Shown here: in pieces, positions 1 to 6,248 of the stretch
Layout of the letters: each line of letters starts with the position of its first letter
Position numbering within the stretch: position 1 is the stretch's first letter
From: Octopus sinensis
Lineage: Eukaryota
Direction: 5' to 3'
DNA: 8,602 bases
Assembly: GCF_006345805.1 (NCBI RefSeq)
Contig: NW_021828345.1
Coordinates: 1-8,602, forward strand
Made by a program: the position numbers and the translations under genes
The notes under the pieces: generated by a model
The model's input: the letters and a program-made list of their open reading frames with translations, nothing else
What the model was told of the DNA's origin: nothing
The model's database searches: none

Positions 1-13
1 TCTATTGGGTTAT

Positions 14-235
14 CTCTTCCTATAACTCTCTCTCTCTCTCTCTCTTCCTCTCCTCTAGTTCAATTACTTTTTGTTTCTGTCTTTCTTTGGTCCATCTTTT
101 CTTCCTCCAACATACAGACATTCCCTTTCTCTGTATTTCTTCTCCTCACCCTTTTCCCCTCTTTCTCTCTCCCTATCTCTCTTTCTCTCCCTCTCTAAGT
201 GCTCTCCTTCTTTCCCATACTTCCACCATACATAC
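14..235. repeat. Pyrimidine-rich (CT)n / low-complexity tract
   Basis: (CT)n run near 26-55 followed by C/T-rich sequence. It explains the ORFs at 64..249, 71..265 and 87..329 as compositional artefacts. Confidence 0.9.
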
Positions 236-336
236 ACACACATACTCACACTTCAAATCCAGTAAAACCCATCACGCTTCCTCTCCATCAGCTATGGATC
301 ACGGATGGCCACACATCATAACACATTGATATACAG

Positions 337-669
337 CAGTGGATTTCAACAGGGGTCCATGTGGCCCCCTGAGGATCTATATAACATGACTGAAGGTCCA
401 GTAAATTGGGGATCCACAAACGTATTTTAAGGAACACGGAAACAAATTGGTTTGGATGAATGTATTGGCATGTATTACGAGAAACGGGTTTCTTTTTCTA
501 TCATTTTATATCGTCCATCCTACAGAAGTTGATGTGTGATGAACAAAATAAGAATATTGAAAGAATTATCAATAAAACTAGATTTTAACATCGAATGGTT
601 GTGGGGCTCAACCGGAATAAAACGATAATCAAAGGGGTCCTTAGATAAAAAAATGGTTGAGGCCTCATG
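337..669. mobile_element. Non-autonomous hAT-like DNA transposon (MITE), degenerate copy 1
   Basis: Starts CAGTGGATTTCAACAGGGGTCC (337) and ends GGGGTCC...GGTTGAGGCCTCATG (655-669). These ends resemble hAT/Charlie-type termini (CAGTGGTTCTCAACC...GGTTGAGAACCACTG). The element aligns in reverse to 4197-4300 and 4790-4845, e.g. TTTTTATCTAAGGACCCCTTTGA (rc) vs TTTTTAGCTATGGACACATTTGA, 19/23. The two TIRs match each other only 8/15 and no clean TSD is visible. Confidence 0.6.
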
Positions 670-694
670 TATATTATACAGGGACTAGACATTT

Positions 695-862
695 AGGCGG
701 CGAGCTGGCAGAAACGTTAGCACGCCGTGCGAAATGCGTAGCCGTATTTCATCTGCCGTTATGCTCTGAGTTCAAATTCCGCCGATGTCGACTTTGCCTT
801 TCATCCTTCCGAGGTCGATAAATTAAGTATCAGAGCGTACTGGGTTCGATCTAATCGACTGG
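695..862 (+). mobile_element. tRNA-derived SINE, family A, copy 1 (3'-truncated)
   Basis: A-box-like TGGCAGAAACGTT near 706 and B-box GAGTTCAAATTCC at 768-780, followed by GTCGACTTTGCCTTTCATCCTTCCGAGGTCGATAAA. Homologous to 5131-5342 in this window. Confidence 0.85.
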
Positions 863-971
863 TGAATAAAAATGGACAATTAAAAGAATCCCTACTTTAG
901 ATGAAACTGAGATCCTATCGTGAGGAAGTGTACCCTCGTTTCCTTTAACAAATAGTAAGACATACTCAGCG

Positions 972-1016
972 CCTGTATTGAGTTCATTTCTTCATAAAGG
1001 TCGATAACACACCTAG
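972..1016. repeat. Dispersed ~45 bp repeat fragment (pairs with 1961-2004)
   Basis: CCTGTATTGAGTTCATTTCTTCATAAAGGTCGATAACACACCTAG vs CCTGTACAGAGTTAGTTTCTTCTTGAGGTCGATAACAACCCTAG, same orientation. Confidence 0.6.
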
Positions 1017-1314
1017 TGTTATATGTAAATGTAAACAGCAGACGTACACATGCCTCAAATCTACCTCGTTCTTGGATGATTGAAAAAAAATGATGAATTG
1101 CTTTAAGCAGTTTTCAACCCTTTTTTATGTCTCATCTAGATCACTTGTCGAATCTCAGAAAAACAAACAGCTACCCGGTTATATACAAATCAAATCTAGT
1201 AACTTCAGAGAACTGGAGATACCCATTTACTTACCACAAGCGTTTAAGACTTTGTTTAATACCAGTGGCCTGTCAACGGGGATTTTAGGCCTCGCATTAT
1301 GAAGAAACGATATA

Positions 1315-1345
1315 ATACATATATATATATATATATACATATATA
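1315..1345. repeat. (TA)n microsatellite
   Basis: Direct inspection. Confidence 0.95.
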
Positions 1346-1652
1346 AATCTACGTAGTAGTAGACATTGAAATATGTTAAATTTATCTGTTTCTCCGTAAA
1401 ATGACTGCTTAAAATGACGATCAGTTTTAATCGATTTTCGAGCAATATTGGGGTTTCATCAGAGATATTTACATTACTTGACAAATCCCAGAAAAGCAGA
1501 GAGTTAATCCGTTTATATAAATAACAAATCCAGTAGCTTCTGAGAAACTGGGGCGGCTGATTTGCGTACCATCAGTACTTAGTACTTAATTTAATATCAG
1601 TGTCTTGTCAATGATGAACAAAGTCTACACAATATCAAGGTATGATATATTT

Positions 1653-1756
1653 AAGGAAGGAAGGAAGGAAGGAAGGAAGGAAGGAAGGAAGGAAGGAAGG
1701 AAGGAAGGAAGGATGGATGGATGGATGGATGGATGGATGGATGGATGGATGGATGG
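1653..1756. repeat. Compound microsatellite (AAGG)15(ATGG)11
   Basis: Perfect AAGG units at 1653-1712 directly followed by perfect ATGG units at 1713-1756. This produces the EGRK/MDGW and PSIH/PSFL ORFs. Confidence 0.98.
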
Positions 1757-1960
1757 GAAACCTACAAACTTGTCGAATTTACCTATTTCCCTGTAAACTG
1801 AAGAAAAAGGAACAGCATTAATCAATTTTCCAACCTTATTGATGTCTCATCAGAAGTGTCCACATAACTTGACCAATACCAGAGAAACAAAAAGCCAATC
1901 CTTTTACACTCTACAGAACTAGAACTACTACTTTGCATATAATAATTGTTTAACACTTTA

Positions 1961-2166
1961 CCTGTACAGAGTTAGTTTCTTCTTGAGGTCGATAACAACC
2001 CTAGCACTGTATGAGTCTATGCAAATGAATCCATCTTCCACTCGGTTTTTCGTCTACCAAAATTAAACAGCAAGACATTTGTTGACTCGAATCTGGTCAA
2101 ACTAAAGTTTTGGTAGAAAACCCTTGCACAAAATGCTGCGCATTGACGAGTATCGATCTCGTAACC
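1961..2166 (-). mobile_element. Highly degenerate SINE relic (CORE-like)
   Basis: TTCGTCTACCAAAATT...TAGAAAACCCTTGCACAAAATGCTGCGC resembles the reverse of a CORE-like block (GCAxCxTTGGGCAAGTGTCTTCTA). 2030-2062 loosely matches 4590-4615. The left part repeats 972-1016. Confidence 0.4.
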
Positions 2167-2450
2167 AAATAGTTCTGCATCGATCTTCTTTATTTACAGA
2201 CATCTGTACGGCCTTAGTTATGAAATTTGCTTCACAATGTTGAAGTTTTTTGGACAGTTATATTTTAGCATAGCATTGAGGGAGCCCCAAGTTTTTAGGG
2301 ATCCCCACATTTTCCATACTTGCTGGGACTATACAAAGAGGTGGTGTCCCTGGCGTTTGTAAGCCCTTCTAGACGGCCAACTTGATGCCATTGTTTTGTC
2401 TTTAAACTATTAAAAGACGACACCTGAAGTAAGTAGAGGAACAGTGAGAG

Positions 2451-3045
2451 GAATCCAAGATGACAATCCAGGAGAGGAATGAATGAGTTAATTGCTTTGC
2501 ACCTGGTCTGGGATGTTGAACAAAGATGACGAGAGGTGAAGAGGGTCGGAAGAGTCTCACTGGAGGAGGCCCAAAACCTGTCACTTCGAAGAATCCAGGC
2601 TGACAATGGTTTAGAGATGAATGAACGGGTTAATTGGTTTGTGCCTGCTCTGGGATGTTGAGTAAAAGTGACGAGAGGTGAAGAGGTGAAGAGGTGAGAG
2701 GTCGGACGTGCCAGGCTGAAGCAGGCCCAAAACCTGTCACTTCGAAGAATCCAGGCTGGCAATACTTTAGAGAGGAATGAATGGGTTAATTGCTTTGCGC
2801 CTGTTCTGAGATGTTGAACAAAGATGACGAGATTTAAAGAGACGTGTGGGTCGGAAAAACCTGACTGGAGGAAGCCCAAAACCTGTCACTTCGAAGAATC
2901 CAGGCTGACAATGCTTTAGAGAGGAATGAACGGGTTAATTGGTTTACACCTGCACTGGGATGTTGAGTAAAAGTGACGAGAGGTGAAGAGACGAGTGGGT
3001 TGGATGTACCTGGCTGGAGATGGCCCAAACCCTGCCAACTACGAA
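2451..3045. repeat. Tandem array of four ~149 bp units (140, 156, 149, 150 bp) with A/B/A/B higher-order structure
   Basis: Units start GAATCCA at 2451, 2591, 2747 and 2896. The junction block CCCAAAACCTGTCACTTCGAAGAATCCAGGCTG is identical at three junctions. Units 1 and 3 share GAACAAAGATGACGAG; units 2 and 4 share GAGTAAAAGTGACGAG. Confidence 0.95.
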
Positions 3046-3164
3046 GAGGTCATTATGTGGTGGTAGTCTCTCGTTGTCCAAGAAAGACATTTCTGCAATG
3101 TTTTGCTGAACAACCTTCACAAATGATTTGTTTATAGGGATCAAACGTCTGTGCTGTACATTAA

Positions 3165-3361
3165 GCTCACTCCCTCCATCAAATAGAGGTGGCATGAAAA
3201 GGTGCACATGATTCCATGTGTCAGGTGTTGAAATGATCGCAAAGCAACATGAAATGGAATGTTCTGCTCAAGAGGCAACACGCCACCATTTCCTGGAAAT
3301 GAAACTACGATCTTACGTTCGTGGGTGCAATACTCTAACCACCAGGCCAGGCGTCCTCACA
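3165..3361 (-). mobile_element. tRNA-derived SINE head with CORE-like domain
   Basis: The minus strand reads GTGAGGACGCC-TGGCCTGGTGG (A box, 3339-3349)-TTAGAGTATTGCAC...AGTTTCATTTCC (decayed B box, 3295-3306). It continues GTGTTGCCTCTTGAGCAGAACATTCCATTTCATGTTGCT, which is CORE-like (cf. TGTCCTTGGGCAAGxCACTT). The left boundary is uncertain. Confidence 0.65.
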
Positions 3362-3448
3362 AGGGGTCATTATAGTAACGCTATAACAGGTCAAAGAGAG
3401 GGCACAGAAGGCCTATGGGCCAAGAGGTGGAGCAGGGTCTATGAGTGC

Positions 3449-3516
3449 TTGTATGTCAGTTGGTCAGTCGTGTTAGCATTATCTAGATCTCTCTGTGTCC
3501 AGGATGTGTGTGTGTG

Positions 3517-3548
<32 letters not shown>

Positions 3549-3646
3549 CATGTATTTGTTATTCAAATTCAAAGTGTTACCCTTGTGATTCATGGGGGTC
3601 ATGTTGGTTCTTTGTGAGGATTTTCTGTGAGAAACAAGTGTCTATG
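3449..3646 (+). repeat. Long inverted repeat, left arm (contains (TG)n 3505-3548)
   Basis: Reverse complement of 5347-5555. The first 60 bp have 3 mismatches. After the TG tract identity is ~90% with a 17 bp insertion (3603-3619). Confidence 0.97.
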
Positions 3647-3819
3647 ATTCATAAACAGATGTACTGTATAGGGTAACACGATGATAGCATATGTAATACA
3701 CATGGTAACATGATCATAATTTATGATAATAAATTATGATAATTTTTGTCATAAACTATCTTGTCAAACTATTTGCGGTATAATTTACACTAGCAATATA
3801 AAGTGAATACGTAGAGACC

Positions 3820-3880
3820 TTACATACACATACGCATAGATACATATACATACATACATGTATAAGAATAAATCAGTGCT

Positions 3881-3923
<43 letters not shown>

Positions 3924-3972
3924 ATATATATATATACATACATATACACACACACAAACACACACACACATA
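3820..3972. repeat. Mixed (TA)n/(CA)n/(TACA)n microsatellite
   Basis: Direct inspection. Confidence 0.95.
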
Positions 3973-3980
3973 TTTATGCC

Positions 3981-4196
3981 GGTGTCGCTGTACCTGTTTT
4001 TATTTCCCCCCCTCCCCACATCACTCGAGAACCAGTTTTGGTTTTTACCTCAACTCTAACCTTAACCCTTACCCTAACCCTAAGCCTAACCCTTATCCTG
4101 ACACTAATCCTAAGCCTTGTGGTTCGGCACATGGAATCAGATAAAATAAGCGCCATATTTAAAAATATACTGGGGGGTCGATTTATTCGAATAAAC
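3981..4196 (+). mobile_element. SINE family B, 5' portion of an interrupted copy
   Basis: CCCCACATCACTCGAGAACCAGTTTTGGTTTTTACCTC (4014-) aligns to rc of 4440-4487 (CCCCACCATCACTTGACAACCGATGCTGGTGTGTTTACGTC). GGTTCGGCA...GATAAAATAAG...GGGGTCGATTTATTCGA (4121-4190) aligns to rc of 4355-4432. It is interrupted by a hexamer array and by the MITE. Confidence 0.7.
4049..4114. repeat. Degenerate telomere-like (CCTAAC/GTTAGG)11 array
   Basis: CTCAAC TCTAAC CTTAAC CCTTAC CCTAAC CCTAAG CCTAAC CCTTAT CCTGAC ACTAAT CCTAAG: 11 units in unbroken 6 bp phase. Confidence 0.85.
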
Positions 4197-4301
4197 CAGT
4201 TTCTCAACCCTTCTTTTTAGCTATGGACACATTTGACCCCTATTTATTCAAGTGGACCCTAATAGACATTCGATTTGTAAAAATATCCTTTTATATTACT
4301 C

Positions 4302-4521
4302 TTTTTTTTTTACTTGTTTCAGTTATTTGTGCGTGGCCATGCTGCAACACCACCTTTAGTCGAGCAAATCGACCCCAGGACTAATTCTTTGTAAGCCTAA
4401 TACTTATTCTATCGGTCTCTGTTGCCGAACGGCTAAGTTACGAAGACGTAAACACACCAGCATCGGTTGTCAAGTGATGGTGGGGGTATAAACACAGACA
4501 CAAACACACACATATATATAC

Positions 4522-4568
<47 letters not shown>

Positions 4569-4623
4569 CATATATATATATACGACGGGCTTCTTTCAGT
4601 TTCCTACTACTAAAACCACTCAC
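4302..4623 (-). mobile_element. SINE family B copy with internal (CA/TA)n microsatellite (4503-4582), 5'-truncated
   Basis: T-tail at 4302-4311 followed by TACTTGTTTCAG...GGCCATGCTG...ATCGACCCCAGG...AAACACACCAGCATCGGT. Homologous to 7488-7673 (same orientation) and to 4625-4738 (inverted). That 4583-4623 belongs to the same element rests on recall of the family consensus. Confidence 0.85.
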
Positions 4624-4624
4624 T

Positions 4625-4738
4625 TTGCGGTTCGGTAAAAGGGACCGATAGAATAAGTTCTGGGGTTGATTTGTTCGACTAAAGGGGGTGCTCCAGCATG
4701 GCCGCAGTCAAATGACTGAAACAAGTAAATGAATAAAA
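4625..4738 (+). mobile_element. SINE family B 3' fragment
   Basis: GCGGTTCGG...GACCGATAGAATAAG...GACTAAAGG...CAGCATGGCCGCAGTCAAATGACTGAAACAAGTAAA. This is the rc of 4309-4436 with a 22 bp deletion. Confidence 0.9.
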
Positions 4739-4845
4739 TATTTTGTGTGTTGTAGAAGCATAACCAGTTTAATGCACAACACTTTTAACAATGGAATCCT
4801 GTGTGGAATCCCAGGGGTCCTACGACGCCCAGTTGAGAGCCAATG

Positions 4846-4920
4846 GACTTATACCTGCAATAGGATGCCCTAGCATGGCCATTTCAGTGGCTGAAATAAG
4901 TAAAAGATGAAAGATAAAAT
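4846..4920 (+). mobile_element. SINE family B 3' tail (continuation of 3981-4196 after the MITE)
   Basis: GATGCCCTAGCATGGCCATTTCAGTGGCTGAAATAAGTAAAAGATGAAAGATAAAA matches 4688-4738. Confidence 0.7.
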
Positions 4921-5130
4921 ATAAGGAGATGAGAGAATCAAGTTGAAGAAAGATCCGAAAGAAAAGCTGAAAGAAATATCTCTTCAAAGAATATTGGAAA
5001 ATTCCGAGTAAAACACGAAACAGCTCAGCTAGAAGATCGTGCGTGGGAACTTGTAACGAAGAACACCGACATAAGAATACAGAGATAAGGTAGCATGAAA
5101 CAGACACCTGCTAATGATTATATAAGTATA

Positions 5131-5342
5131 TGGCGGTGGGATGGCACAATGCACGCCGGGAGAAATGCTTCTCGGCATTCCGTCCGTTTGGACGTTATGA
5201 GTTCAAATTCCGTCGAGGTCGGGTTCGCTTCTCATTTTCTCTCGGGGATCAATAAAATAAGGACCAGTTGAGCATTTGAGTCGATATAACCGACTTTGTC
5301 CCGTTCCAGAAATTGCTGGCCTTGCGTCAAAATTTGAAACCA
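5131..5342 (+). mobile_element. tRNA-derived SINE, family A, copy 2 (near full length)
   Basis: GGCGG start, GCACGCCGG..GAAATGC, and B box GAGTTCAAATTCC at 5199-5211. Collinear with 695-862 and extends to ...GGCCTTGCGTCAAAATTTGAAACCA. Confidence 0.85.
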
Positions 5343-5346
5343 GTCA

Positions 5347-5555
5347 CATAGTCACTTGTTTCTCATAGAAAATATGACCCCATGAATCACAAGGGTGACA
5401 CTTTAAATTTGAATAACAAAAAACATGAACATACACACACACACACACACACGCGCGTACACACATCCTCACACACACACACACGCGCGCGTACACACAT
5501 CCTGGACACAGAGGGATCTAGATAAAGCTAACACGACTGACCAACTGATATACAA
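5347..5555 (-). repeat. Long inverted repeat, right arm (contains (CA)n(CG)n with an internal ~34 bp duplication)
   Basis: Reverse complement of 3449-3646. The unit (CA)nCGCGCGTACACACATCCT occurs twice at ~5436-5502. Confidence 0.97.
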
Positions 5556-5562
5556 TTGATAT

Positions 5563-6083
5563 GGAATATCAATAAAATATATTTCGGACATGGTTTATCT
5601 TGGCAAATGTGAAAGAGAAAGTAGACGAAGAATAGAAATTGCAAGGAAAACGTATGAAAATATAACAAAAGCTTTAAGATTATATGTGGTCCATATTATT
5701 AATGGTGTAGAAACAAGGACATTGATGAGAAGTTTTTAAAACTAGAAGCAAGGGGGATAAGAAATCTTGGACAAGATATAAATGTAATGAAGAATTACTG
5801 CAATTAGCAAACAGAAAAACCTCGTGACTCTGAACTATTGAGGGGAAAATAAAGCTTGAGTATTTTTGTCAGACCGTAAAAGCATAAGGTATGCAAAGAT
5901 TATTTAGGGAAGGAAAGATAAATGGAAAACCCTCATGAGGAAGACCTGGGACAGCCTGGCTTGTTAACGGCAAGGACTGTACTAAACTATTATATGGTGA
6001 ATGTATGAGAATGATAGAGAGTCGAATGGAGGTCCTTGGTGTTCAACTTACTCAGAGCAAATGACACCAAATAATGATAATGA
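5563..6083 (+). mobile_element. Decayed 3' end of an RTE-clade LINE (C-terminal part of ORF, after the RT core), 5'-truncated, with stops and frameshifts
   Basis: Translated pieces are GKCERESRRRIEIARK (5602-), YVVHIINGVETRTL, KIKLEYFCQTVKA*GMQRLFREGKINGKPS*GRPGTAW (5846-) and WRSLVFNLLRANDTK* (6027-6074), followed by a TAATGATAATGA tail. These match RTE/BovB-type motifs EIxRRIxxA, LYGxETWTL, LxYFGH...EGKIxGKRxRGRP..W and WR. Confidence 0.85.
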
Positions 6084-6114
6084 AGGGAATAAGTCAGACT
6101 TGTATGAATATTTA

Positions 6115-6134
6115 ATTATATGTGTGTGTGTATG

Positions 6135-6166
<32 letters not shown>

Positions 6167-6248
6167 TGAGCACACACAAACACACACATATATATATATA
6201 TATATTGATGTAGGTATACACACACACACTCACAAACACACACATATA
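6115..6248. repeat. Mixed (TG)n/(TA)n/(CA)n microsatellite
   Basis: Direct inspection. Confidence 0.95.

Larger units (their letters stand above)
4197..4845. mobile_element. hAT-like MITE copy 2 (opposite orientation to copy 1), interrupted by SINEs at ~4302-4738
   Basis: Left end CAGTTTCTCAACC (4197-4209). Right end AGTTGAGAGCCAATG (4831-4845; rc CATTGGCTCTCAACT). Internal homology to rc of 337-669. Flanks GAATAAAC and GACTTATAC may be a decayed 8 bp TSD. Confidence 0.7.

Noticed and set aside
695-780. tRNA gene
   Set aside because: A and B boxes are present but there is no cloverleaf, and the sequence continues into a repeated SINE body, so it is treated as a SINE head.
1108-1550. Possible third hAT-like TIR pair (CAGTTTTCAA...TGAGAAACTG)
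   Set aside because: Only ~10 bp match with a gap, no TSD, and no internal homology to the two MITE copies.
2295-2879. 194 aa minus ORF with repeated AWILRSDRFW
   Set aside because: It is read-through of the tandem array. The frame shifts between units, substitutions are mostly non-synonymous and no known domain is recognisable.
2570-2912. CRISPR-like look (identical ~33 bp blocks at regular spacing)
   Set aside because: The sequences between the blocks are homologous to each other rather than unique spacers, spacing is ~150 bp, the context is eukaryotic and there are no cas genes.
3218-3676. 152 aa plus ORF
   Set aside because: It runs antisense through a SINE head, then through the inverted-repeat arm and a (TG)n tract; it is not protein-like.
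3713-3740. 11 bp stem hairpin ATCATAATTTA-TGATAA-TAAATTATGAT
   Set aside because: It lies in AT-rich degenerate short tandem sequence, where such stems are expected by chance.
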